In this document: piece after piece, positions 13,515 to 25,225 of the stretch | How the letters are laid out: each line of letters starts with the position of its first letter | Position numbering within the stretch: the stretch's first letter is position 1 | NCBI RefSeq assembly: GCF_001194135.2 | Contig: NC_069001.1 | Span: 29,444,457 to 29,484,305, forward strand | Direction: 5' to 3' | Source: Octopus bimaculoides | Lineage: Eukaryota | Length of the DNA stretch: 39,849 bases | Notes under the pieces: model-generated | What the model was told of the DNA's origin: nothing | The model's input: only the letters and a program-made list of their open reading frames with translations | The model's database searches: none | Position numbers and translations under genes: made by a program

Positions 13515-15081
13515 GTAAGAGATTTGTTATACTATTGAGTGGTAACTTTGAATATTATAACTTGTGTAAGCTGTTATTTGAGAGTTGTATGAAATACAAT
13601 GCGTCAATTTCGTAAGTTTGTGCTGTGCGATTTTGCTGAATTCTTTTATTGAACCCATAGATTCGACTAAAATAACCCAGGATGGACGGCGCCTCAAAGA
13701 GAATGAAATGAGAATTTTGGAAACTGAAGGAATGATGACAAATTCTTACAAATATCATGTTGATTCAAGTTATATTCAACAATAAAAGGTATTGAAAGTG
13801 CATTCATTTAAATCGTTTTCTATACGTCATAGTGAAAGCAAGCAGGTATAACGAGAAAAGCAAATTCGACATGTTTAATGTAAAGTTAGAATATCTTGAA
13901 TATTCAATAAGGTTGTTGCTGCTGCAATGCCTTAACAAAATTCAAGTTACAGATGAAATATAACAGGTGAAGACGACAGGTAAGTATTCCTTCTTTTCAC
14001 TTCCTGAATATCGAATGAAAGAAATGCTTTATCCCAGTACCTACATTATGAAACTAGAGTCATTTTAGAACTGGAGACAGTAAGATAATTTGAAACTTGT
14101 TGAAAGCAACATATGCTACACCATAACAACAAAGCAAAAATATAAACTATAAGTTATTATACCACGCATCCCAGTTTTGGATATGGGAGAGAAGTTCACA
14201 TAATGTCCATTTTTGTAAAGAAATGACATATCTTTGCATGATGACCAGTACTGCTTCTCCCTATTCACCTGAGAAAGAGATAAAATGAAAGGAGAGGAGA
14301 AAGGCAACCTGTCCGAGACTGCATTGCAATAAAAGGAAATGAAACCATGAAAGAAACGAATAACGTATGAAAAAGCTAATCTAGAGCGAGAGAGTGAGAG
14401 AGTGAGACTGAAAGAAGGGAAAGAGAGTGCGTGATGTTGAAATTAAATTTACAGGCGTCTGGTTCTACAGCTGCTCTTCCAAAGATCGAAAACTTTCGGA
14501 GTGACAACTGTTGCTCCGATTTGTTAATTAATGATTAAAAAATCATTACGGATTACGAGGCATTTCAAAAACGAACACTAAGGAAAGATATTACAATCGT
14601 TAGTATAATCCCCTAACACTGGATAATACTGTTGAATGGTTTTGTTTCAAAGTTTAATCTTACAGAAATATTTTAGTAAACATGAAAAGCAGGGAAGTGA
14701 TTTACTCAAAATAATCAAAGGCAGGAGTTGCACCTGCATGAGAATAAGAGATATATATAGGAAACGCATTTCCCTTGTATCCTTGTCATCAACATCAAAG
14801 GAAGACCTAATTTGTCATTATGTATGTGAATATATAAACATGTGTGTGTCGTGTGAGAAAGAATGTCTAAATGAAGAGGGTGTGGTTTATATCTGTGTCA
14901 TTGCGTTATTGTGTTGACAGAGGTTATGTAATCAATGACCTCACATGCACACCATACTATCTGGTATTTAAGCATTAAAACGTGGTCATTCCATATATAC
15001 GAATATACACGTGTAAGTGATATAAACCTGAAGATATCGTTTCAGGTCTAATAAAATTGCAATGCACTTGCTATCGTCGTT

Positions 15082-15129
<48 letters not shown>

Positions 15130-16958
15130 NNNNNNNNNNNNNNNNNNNNNNNNNNNNNNNATATATATACAGGCATATGAATAGATATACAGCAGGAAAG
15201 TATTTAAATCACAGTTCTAGACATGTGTAACCCTATGAACCAGCCATAACTATGCTTAAATTTATGTATAGAGTATGTACCTATGCATTCAAATATACAC
15301 ATACCTACATATATAGTCTCTCTCACATTCTCTTTTCTGTCTCATTTTGAGTGTGTGTGTGTGCGCGTGCGTGCGTATATATATATATATAATTATTGTT
15401 GAATACACAATAAAGCAATATATTTATCCTTGTTGGACTCAGTCTGTCGCTCCTGTGAACGCTGCCGTTTTGTGCACAGGTCCTTGAGGCATGTTACAAG
15501 AAAGATAAGGAGTTACAAATGCACGGAATTACAAAGATACAATATTCATTTCTCCAACCCTTTTAGGATCACATACAATTGTATAGGTTAAAGAGAAGAA
15601 ATACTAGTACAGCAATCTGTTTCCTTTAGAAAATTGTTATTTTAATACATCCGTAAGTTTTACAAGTATACGCTGATAACAAATGCATTCTCAAATGAAT
15701 ATATACATACAGAATAGAAGAAAAGCATGCTTCGCGAGAATTACATTCATAGCTTTCTTCTATTGTGATGTACTTTTCTTTGGTTACAATCATTTACTGA
15801 TTATCATGTGTTTGCTTGAGAAACGATCATTCGAAATAACGTTTCACTTTCCAACAAAATCATACAGAAACGAACGCAGTTACACTGGCACATTGTAATT
15901 ATAGACATGCAAAGATGACCACACACAAACACCCTATCCCCCCTCCCTCCCTCTGTCTCTCTCACCCTCTCTCTCACACACACACACACATACATATATA
16001 TATATACATGCAGGAAATAATATGTATACGTATTATATATATATATATATATACACGTGCTCGAATGAATACGTAAATATATACATACATACATTATATA
16101 TATATATATATATACTATTAATTATGATCATATGTGCATGTATATGATTGTATGTACAATGTACACACACAGACGCATATATATATATTCATGTACACAC
16201 ACACATATATATATATATATATACATACATACACAGAGAGAGAGAGGGTGTGTGAGAATGATAGATATATAATTAAATATGATCTATTTTACACCTCCAC
16301 AAATATATATATATATATATATGTGTATATATATATATGCATATGAATATGTACGTTCATATCTTATGTAAATACACTTAATCTTCATAAAGTCTTGAAA
16401 ATCCCATTAAGTATAGTCACAGATTACACATCTCACATTTCAATACCTTTGTTTTGCTTAAGGTATATTTTTGGGAAGAACATTACTTTTGTTATATGAC
16501 TACCAGATACCAAGAGTACCTATGTAATCACATTGTCTACAGAAATATAAACGACTGCATATTTTATTATTATTAGTATAAATAATAAAAATCACTATAA
16601 CCAAAGTAAAACATTATAGAATATCGGCAAAGTCATATACTTAGTGAATACATATCATGGAATTATACATATTTATTTAATTATGGTTGATATATACACC
16701 ACCATCAGTCATACTACACTAAAGTAGAGATATTCATAAGTTGATAAATACTGATATATGTTTTTTACGGTGCCATACGCGATATTATTATCTCCCTTGT
16801 ATATTGAAAAAAAAAAAAGAAACTGCAGACAATTTGATTGTGTCCCTGAGTATCAAATATTGACTCACGTCGTCACTAAGAAAGAGGTGTGTATGCTTTT
16901 CCAAATTAGTAGCGCTTTGGAAAGTAGATATATATTATTTTATTATTTTCTTTTACGT

Positions 16959-17014
16959 GTTTCAGCCAATTTGACGGCTGCCATGCTGGAGCAGTACTTT
17001 TAGTCGAGCAAATC
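16959..17014 (-). mobile_element. SINE 3'-tail fragment (same family as 33397-33755)
   Basis: GTTTCAGCCAATTTGACGGCTGCCATGCTGGAGCAGTACTTTTAGTCGAGCAAATC aligns to 33416-33471. Confidence 0.75.
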
Positions 17015-17245
17015 CGGAGTTCTAAACAGCAACCATATAGTTGCATATTTGGAATCCTTGGCAATATGCTTTATCGCCGGCATGTACTCCGCCAGCTCCT
17101 TTTCTATTTCTGGACTAGGAAAGGGGACAATGGAATACAAGGACTTTGAAGAAGTCCTTAGAACCACCTTCCTCCTTTCCAAATCTGTCATCCATTCTTT
17201 GGGTGGGTTAATTTCCCACACCAAAGCAGTGTTATTTTTTCTACA
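17000..17245 (-). pseudogene. Open, protein-like reading frame of unknown family (possible retroelement ORF1 fragment or orphan exon)
   Basis: KNNTALVWEINPPKEWMTDLERRKVVLRTSSKSLYSIVPFPSPEIEKELAEYMPAIKHIAKDSKYATIWLLFRTP has normal amino-acid complexity and higher GC than its flanks. A T-rich tract ending TTTTTGTAG precedes it on the minus strand. The family is not identified. Confidence 0.4.
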
Positions 17246-19102
17246 AAAATAATAATAAACAAAAAAAGGAAAAAAACAAAGTTCACTGATAAATGTCTGT
17301 CCACTGGCGTATTTGAACTCCTGACCAGGCCTGTGTATTCCAATATAGGTAATCCAATAATTGGTTCACAAATACTGGTGCTCCTAGTATAATCAAATTG
17401 TGGAAATCTTCATAAATTTTCTCCTACCTTTCACCAGCATTACTAAATTTCTTTCGTAGACTAAATTCGCCGTGTTGTTCAAGTTAAATATCTTTTAGCC
17501 TAATCGAACTCCTGGTAATCCTAGATAATCCAATATAGGTACTCCACAATGACTTTATGCATAAAAATAGATGTTCGCCGCGAACTTTGCAGCGAGCAAC
17601 TCTTATTTACATAAACAAGAAGAAAAAAAAAACGTTTACAAAAAGTCTTTCAGAAAAAATTACAAATACAGAAAGTCTTCAGAAAAAAAAATGGAAAGAA
17701 TTCTTGCGGCGAGGTAACGCCCACCGATAATTCTTCACTAAAACAAACACAACCAAAGGAGGGGAAAAAATGCCTCGCGGCCAGTGGAGATATCCTATTT
17801 ATAAAAATAACAATAAAGTAACCTACCCCAAAAACAAAACTTCTCCTACCTTTCACCCGCTTTACTAATTTTCTTTCGTAGACTGGAATTTACAACAAAG
17901 CTAAATTTGGCCGTGTTGTCTCTTTGGTTGACAGGAGCCACTATGTACTACTCATGCGCGGGAAGCAAAGCTACGCACAACACAGCCACTTCTATTATTC
18001 TCTGGGGTCTTTTTTCTTTGATAATTCGGACGAACATCGACATCTCTACTTGTACTATTAAATCAAATATCTGTTGCAAGTCTTGCTATTTGTTTTTTTC
18101 GGGATTTTTTCAGCCCAAGCAAGCACCTGTTTATGATGATGTCCTACACAGAGTTAACCTACTTCTTGTTCGATTTTGTGTCACACAATAAGAATATAAC
18201 TAGGTTAATATGTTTGCTGTATATAGTAGATGCATTAAATATTTCTTGTACATTTTATGAAATATTTACATTTCTTTAAATATGTTAATTAACCTTATTC
18301 AAAAACCATTTTGTTTCCTGGCTGTGATTGTCGTCTTCGCCACTTTATTTCAATTTTGATTTTCTTATAACACACACACACACACACAAACAGAAACACA
18401 CATGCACCGACATACGCACACACATATATACTACATAACGACATATATTATATGCACACGCACAGATATATGTATTAAAAAAAGCATGAGCAAGAAATAT
18501 AAGGCCACATTACCTTAATGTTTAAATGAAAAAAATCATTCTTAACCGGACACAATTCTTTCATCATATGTGTGTGTATGTGTACCTGTGTTTTCCTGTG
18601 TGTGCCTGTGTTCCTGCGTCTCTTAGCGCGTTTGTGTATATGCATACAATTATACATACGTATACACATATATTCGTCTGTTTAAAAACATTTTTCTTAC
18701 CAGATGTCTGCGCGCGCGCGTGTATGCGCGTGTGCTTGTGCGTGTATGTTTGTTTTAATAAGTTTCAATGGCAGCTTCTGCCAATTTTGAGGACCTCTTA
18801 AATCTCGTGCTCCATAGATCCGCTTGGTTGCAACATCAGATTCTCCCACCGAAAGCCTATTAAAGAGGTATCGTAAATTTGTTTGCCTATTCGTACAAAA
18901 CGATAGTGTCTGTGGATTTTTGTATGTGATGATCTTGTCCAGGGTTTCCACAATTGACCTGTAGGCATCGTATAATGACGAAGGACACAAAATCGGGAGA
19001 TCTTTCGATACCAGTACGAAATATCGGCCTTTTCTGTAAAGATTGTATTCGGTGATATTTACCAAAGATCGGCCTTTTCCGTAACACCCGCACGATCTTC
19101 AC

Positions 19103-19193
19103 TAGGGTGTTAGGGTTAGGGTTTTAGTGTCAGGGTTATGGTTTTAGTGGTAGGGTTGATGTTTAGGGTTATGGTACGGTTAGGGTTAGGTTT
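19103..19193 (+). repeat. Degenerate interstitial (TTAGGG)n-like array
   Basis: Several exact TTAGGG units interspersed with variants (TCAGGG, TTATGG, TTAGTG, GTAGGG). Confidence 0.8.
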
Positions 19194-19875
19194 AAGAGAC
19201 ATAGTGAGAGAGAGAAGGTGTGTTTTATTTTTTGTTTTTGCTTGTTGTTTGCTGCCAAACACACCCACTGTGGTAAGTAGCATGCCAACTTCAAAAGAAA
19301 TGCGTTCTCTCTATCTCTTTCGCTTACTTTCCCACCACCCCAACCCAACACTATTTACGGAAAATGCCGAAGTGATGTAAATAACACACGTGGTCTAAAT
19401 GACATACCTCGGACTACTATCGAAGGATCATCCAAAATCGTATATAATGTGGTAGGATAGCATAATCAAGAATTGAAGCTACCGGTAATCCAGATCTGTC
19501 AGCAATCATAATGCAGTTGCGGTTAATATTGTTGTTAGTAATGGTTAAGGTAGCGTGTTGGTTGCCGTGAAAGTGTTTTGCGTTATATATATGACTGATT
19601 GTTTTGTTAATGTTGAGAAGCTAGAGAATGACAAGTTGAAAAGAAAATGTTCTACTATTATCACTCATTGTGGTACATGAGATTCTTACTTTGGTCGTTT
19701 GAAACTAAATCATTACTCGCGAGATAAGATTCATGGATCGTTGAAGAATCGGTTTGCAGCGACTAGCTACTGTTGGTGGTATCACAATCATGCCACCGAA
19801 GACATCGTTGTAACAGCGTCAATTTATAACATACATACTAATATATAGTTCTATATTTACCTCGGTTCTATATAA

Positions 19876-20095
19876 CCACGGACGTATGGCGCAATGGTTA
19901 AGAACGCGGGCTGCTAAACCCAAGATTCCGAGTTCGATTTCAAGCAGTGACCTGAACAATAATAACATCGAAAAATACGCAGGTTCGAAATTTACTCAAG
20001 GCACCTGTAGAAGGCTGGACGGTATATCAGCCGAAACGTTCTGTTAACAACAAACAAGTTGAGGACAAATATCAGTCAAATGTAAATAATGCAAA
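19876..20095 (+). mobile_element. tRNA-headed SINE-like element with degenerate minimal hammerhead motif in its 3' region
   Basis: A box TGGCGCAATGG (19887-19897), B box GTTCGATTTC (19932-19941), short (AAT) linker, then a body shared with the 7.4-7.7 kb copies, including GGCAC-CTGTAGA-AGGCTG-gacggtatat-CAGCC-GAAA-CGTT at about 20000-20040. Confidence 0.85.
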
Positions 20096-20686
20096 TAATA
20101 TACATACTAGTGTAGTCATGTGGAATATTTTTATAAGCGCGAAAATAATTCAATTTTCCATGATATAAGCTGAGGCACCATCGTCATCTTATGGATATCC
20201 ACATATTGCTTACATATTATAATATATTTATATGGCCATGCAACTTTGGCACCGATATTTGAACAACAATGTTATCAATAACAAAGCAACCTACAATTGA
20301 GAACTGATACACACCTGCACAATGGTAGATAGACGTCTAAACACACACACACACACACACACACGCACGCACATACACAGGCTCGAGCATAAGCATATGT
20401 ACACATGCACAGAAATAGATAGAAATAACGAAGAATATAAAGGAGGTCAGGTGTTATGAGATTAATCTACCTATTTCATTAGTTGATAGACATAAGATGA
20501 CGATCGCTTCTCAGCCGACATAACGGGAGAAATAATTTACGTTAGCGTAAAATAAATTATTTACATGCCTGCACTAGTGTGTTTGCATATTTTACAAGCT
20601 AGCGCAGGTGTGAAAGGCCGACTCTTGAGAGTTTTCCTGAAATTAATACCGGATGAGATAAATCCATATAGTATGTATATATGTAC

Positions 20687-20720
<34 letters not shown>

Positions 20721-22148
20721 ACATGTATATGGATGAATATGCCTGTATGTATGTATATAAATGCGTATGTGCATGTGTGAAATGTATTCCAAGGTGGACA
20801 GGCATTTAGCGTATTACACAAGTTATTCTTAAGTTGTTATATTTCGAGATTCATTTTCTTCTACATACTGTTAATATTTTATTGCAATAGCTGCAACTCT
20901 AATACTGCAGCTGCTACTTCATCACCTTTAGAGAAAATGTGCTTTCTGCTCTCTAGAAAAATATAAATTTGCTTTCATCTCTTGGACAATCATTGGCGGC
21001 CGAATTCGGCTGTATTGATCTCCACTGCAGCAAAGACCATAGTCAAGAACCATTCAATTATCAATAGACATTGTCGATGATGTTCCAGTTGATATTTGTG
21101 TTCCGTTTAAATCTCTACCAGAAATCTGGTTTGATTGAGACGAATTTCTTTAACAGGCAGAAAAAAAAAAAGAATGTGAGCGGTGGATATATATTTTTTT
21201 TATATATAGTTTCAGCTGAAAGCTGCGGCCATGCTGATGCACCGCCGTTTTGTTAAACTTTTATTACTGAGAGCCTCCTCCAAGATGTGGCACATGGTGA
21301 AGAATAGATTTTGATGTAGCTACCCTCATTTGCAACTTTTGCACCTATATATTTCCTATTTCTAATTTGGAATTTAACATTGATATGTGTTGTTTTCACG
21401 TTCTCTTTCCTAGTTTGAAATTGATTCATATTTTATTGAAATTTCAATCATCGGTACTATTTTATTTTAAATAAAGTATTGGTTATAATAATACTACAAT
21501 ACATCTGGTTTCCTTCGACATTACAAAACTATGACTGTAAAGAAAAGAGACCCACTCGCAAGAAAACAGACCGATATTAAAATTATCAGAGAACAACAGA
21601 GTCCTAAAATCACGATGAGATACGAAGACCTGCAATGACAGCGAAAAGCAGTAATGCAATGCTAAGCACAAAAATAACATCGCAGATGAGAGATCGAAGG
21701 GAGATGTAATATAAGCATATCACCCGAATCCACAGTCGTTAAGAGGGACGTCAAGTATGGTATGATATGAAAAAACATAGAATAGGCGTATTATAAGAGA
21801 AACACTGAATTGAAGTACGAATAATACACGAATAATGAATCATGTTAAAATAATGCAGAGATTACCCTTATAGTATGACTGCAATTAATGGAGGGAGAGA
21901 GAGGGGTACAGATAGAGAGACAGAGTAGATTGAAAGGGGGTATACAGTGAAAAATAAGGACAGGCAGAAGTATTACTGTATAGATGATATGAAACCTGCT
22001 CAACAAAAGTATATTTCAGGAGGAAAATTACCGTGAGTTCGAAGGTTAGTGGGTGACAATAAAATGTTAGGAGCCACCGAATGACGTAGAATGACATATA
22101 CAGGACAAAGAATTTGCTCTCAGTCATAACAGATTTTATCTCAGTCAC

Positions 22149-22211
22149 GACAGATTTTAAAGCACTTGACGCGTAATCAGAGGTATGTGAGTTCGAGTCT
22201 CATGGCTGTCC
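22149..22211 (+). pseudogene. tRNA-like relic (Thr-CGT-like anticodon) lacking the D arm
   Basis: T stem GTGAG/CTCAT with loop TTCGAGT. Anticodon stem (C)TTGA/TCAG(A) with loop CGCGTAA. Acceptor stem GACAGAT/GGCTGTC pairs at 5 bp plus a mismatch and a G-U. Only a few nucleotides lie where the D arm should be. Confidence 0.55.
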
Positions 22212-22569
22212 GGTAACGTATGGATAATTTATCCTGATCATGCTATTTATTAGCATTATCACGCGTTTGAGAACAAAAAAAATTGTCGCTGTATATATAT
22301 ATATAATCAAGGGTAATTAGAAATATTAGAAATTTCTACCACCTAGCGTGTAAAAATTTAGTCCATAGACTATATATTACTCATATAAATACAGTGTACA
22401 TTTAAACATATAAGAGGTATCCGTCACAGGATTTCCTCATGCTAGAAAGAAGTGTTTCTATTTTTCATTCCTTTCGAAATTTTATCCCTAATAGTGGTTT
22501 CGAACTTAGCTTTTCTTTCTAGCGTGAAGGAATCCTATGATGGATATCTCTTATGTGTTTAAATGTACA

Positions 22570-22610
<41 letters not shown>

Positions 22611-22621
22611 AATCTATTAAG

Positions 22622-22868
22622 AAACACGTACGGTGAATACAATGAATATAATATAAGTAGATCTTACCTTGCATAATCCACGTAGCAAAAACTGATATTT
22701 TGGTATCAATAGATTTCACCTTTTGTTTATTAGTACTTAAGGATCGTCAGGCAAACTTATTGCATCCATAAAATTTTCAAAATATCCATTCCGTTACACC
22801 ATGCGCGTTTGTTCATCTGGATACCCTCCTGATATTCAAACGGAACATGAAATGAGTCAGCACAATAA
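22622..22868. repeat. Diverged tandem duplication, copy A
   Basis: Aligns end to end with 23061-23307 (AAACACGTACGGTGAAT ... TGAGTCAG.ACAATA), with a highly conserved core of about 60 bp. Confidence 0.9.
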
Positions 22869-23060
22869 AAAATTTATTAAATTATTATTACCATTATCAA
22901 AATGATTATGATAATAAAGTTTCCAGCAAGTTTAACCAATATAGGTAAAGAATTGAAATAGAATACACAAATGAAATTTACAAATAAATTAGGGTACCAT
23001 AATAAAGCTTGCTAGAAAGAAGAGTCAACACTTCAAGACCAGAAATTTGTCACTATCAAC

Positions 23061-23307
23061 AAACACGTACGGTGAATGCAATGAATATTACAAAATTAGA
23101 CCTTACGTAATATGAACCAGAAAGCAAGAACAGATATTTTGGTATCAATTGATTTCACCTTTTGAACGTTAGTACTCAAGGATCGTCAGCCAAATCATTG
23201 TATTCATTTATCTTTCAACCTATTCATCGCATTACACCGTGCACGCTTGTTCATGTGAATGTCCCAGCGACATTCCAAAACGTACATAAATTGAGTCAGT
23301 ACAATAT
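23061..23307. repeat. Diverged tandem duplication, copy B
   Basis: Aligns with 22622-22868. Confidence 0.9.
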
Positions 23308-23406
23308 GAATTAAAATTATTACACACACACACACACACACGCACACCCACCCACACATATATATATATATATATATATTATTATGATTGACCGNNNNNN
23401 NNNNNN

Positions 23407-23441
<35 letters not shown>

Positions 23442-23899
23442 TATATACACATACATAAACTATATACATATATGTATATAGTTGCTTGTGTATTTATGGA
23501 TTTAGTCATCAACTGGCGTGGATGACAATATGAGTGTATACACCATTATGACCATCTGAAAATAGTAAAAGCTATAACATAAAACTTTGATAGAAATAAA
23601 TTAAAGAAAGAACAATTATTCGCAACATATTTTATAGGAGTTCCATTTGCAGAATGTAATTATAAACAGGATTAAAAAAAAAAACAAGTTAAATACGTTA
23701 AATGCTATAATAAAATGCGAGAGACTTTCCAATTGTCTATAAATAGTTGATTTATATTAAATTACATCCTAAATTCAAGTAGGAGTTTGACATCCGTCTG
23801 AAGACTTTTCATTGCGATAGAATAGAAGTATTTACGTTTTAATAGGTTCTAGGAATTTATTAATTTCTCTGTCAAAAATGTATGTAGAGTTTATGCAGG

Positions 23900-24260
23900 T
23901 TGGACTCTGGTCGTCTGTGATTAGGACTGATGCGACCCAGTCACTCTTGTCTCTTGCTGCGGCGTGGCGTTGTCGTCTATTCTCCTCAAATGCAGCTACT
24001 GTAGTGTAGGTGATTTAACTCCAGGTAGCCACATTTGTTGCTGCAGTCGCGAATTTGCAAGGCCGAATGCTATACAACTTAAGGTTGCCCTTTACGGTGT
24101 ACTTCTACCTCAACGTGGGTCTTCCTTTTTACATTTTGCCTTCCTTCAACTCACCGTACATCAACTATCTGGTGATGCGGTGGTCGTTCATTCGGATGAG
24201 ATGGCCGGTTCAACGTAGCTGAGCTTCAGCAGAAGTATCTCAACCCTCGTTCACTCTAAT
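23900..24260 (-). mobile_element. RTE-clade LINE fragment (C-terminal region after the RT domain), inactivated
   Basis: Minus strand from 24224 translates AQLR*TGHLIRMNDHRITR*LMYGELKEGKM*KGRPTLR*KYTVKGNLK, matching the RTE/Bov-B-like QLRWxGHxxRMxDxRxPKxxxYGELxxGxRxxGRPxxRxKDxxKxxLK motif, with in-frame stops. Confidence 0.9.
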
Positions 24261-24299
24261 CTGTCTTGGACTACTTGATTTGAGACTTTTATTTAAAGT

Positions 24300-24540
24300 G
24301 TGTGTGTGTATCGTTGTGTCTATGTGCGTGCCCCAACCCCATCGCTTGCCGACCGATGTCGCTATGTATACGCCCCCGTAGACTAGCGGCCCGGTAAAAG
24401 AGACCGATTGAATAAGTGCTGGACCTACAAAGAATTAGTCCTGAGGTCTATTCCTTCGATTAAATAACTTTGAATGCGCTGCACCAGCATAGCCGCAGTC
24501 AAAATGAATGAAGCATGTAAAAGGATAAAAGAGTATAGTG
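24300..24540 (+). mobile_element. 3' half of tRNA-derived SINE (family of 33397-33755)
   Basis: Reverse complement of the 33400-33500 and 33770-33940 segments; ends CCAGCATAGCCGCAGTCAAAATGAATGAAGCATGTAAAAGGATAAAAG. Confidence 0.75.
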
Positions 24541-25225
24541 CAACGCTGAAGGAATATCGAAAAGAATTCGAGACAAGTTATTAAAACATAGTTGTTATTA
24601 ATACGTCCCTCAGGAGTTGGAAAAAGCCAATGATACGTCAGTGACTTTTGAAAGATAAGGCAGTGTATGTATATTTGTTTTTGCGTGTATTTTATGCGTG
24701 TCTGTATTTCTATATTTTTAAATCAAAGGGCTAACACTTTACGCTAATTGTTTCCCCATTCAACTCTGATAAACACAATAAACTGATGTTTATTGAAATA
24801 CTTAATATTCCTCCATGTATCATTTCTTCAAACCACAGGCACACCTGCGCCATTGTACGTGCCACTGCTTGTTGAATATAGTGAAAATTATTCCTATTCC
24901 TGGTTTATTCCAAAGAACGTAGTAAAATTTCAGGAAGTTTACTGCGTAGAGTTTTGTTACATTTATATACGTTTGAACCATATTTTTGAGAAACTACTTT
25001 GAACATGGCAAGCAATATTTGTTGCCATTTGAATTTAGCTGTTCAGCTCCAACGGGCTTTACTCTGATTTCTTAACTCTAAGTGTACATTTGCCTATTGT
25101 TAGTTAATGTCATCTTGTAAATGTTACGACAAACATTACTTGCCAGTACAGCTTCTGCGTTCAACTCTAACAGAGACCTTAGAACTAGTTTCTTTGCTTG
25201 TTACTTTCAATATGCTCCTTCCTAA

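Noticed and set aside
18697-19065. 122-aa minus-strand ORF
   Set aside because: Overlaps a repeat-like segment and a (CA)-type tract; no domain recognised.
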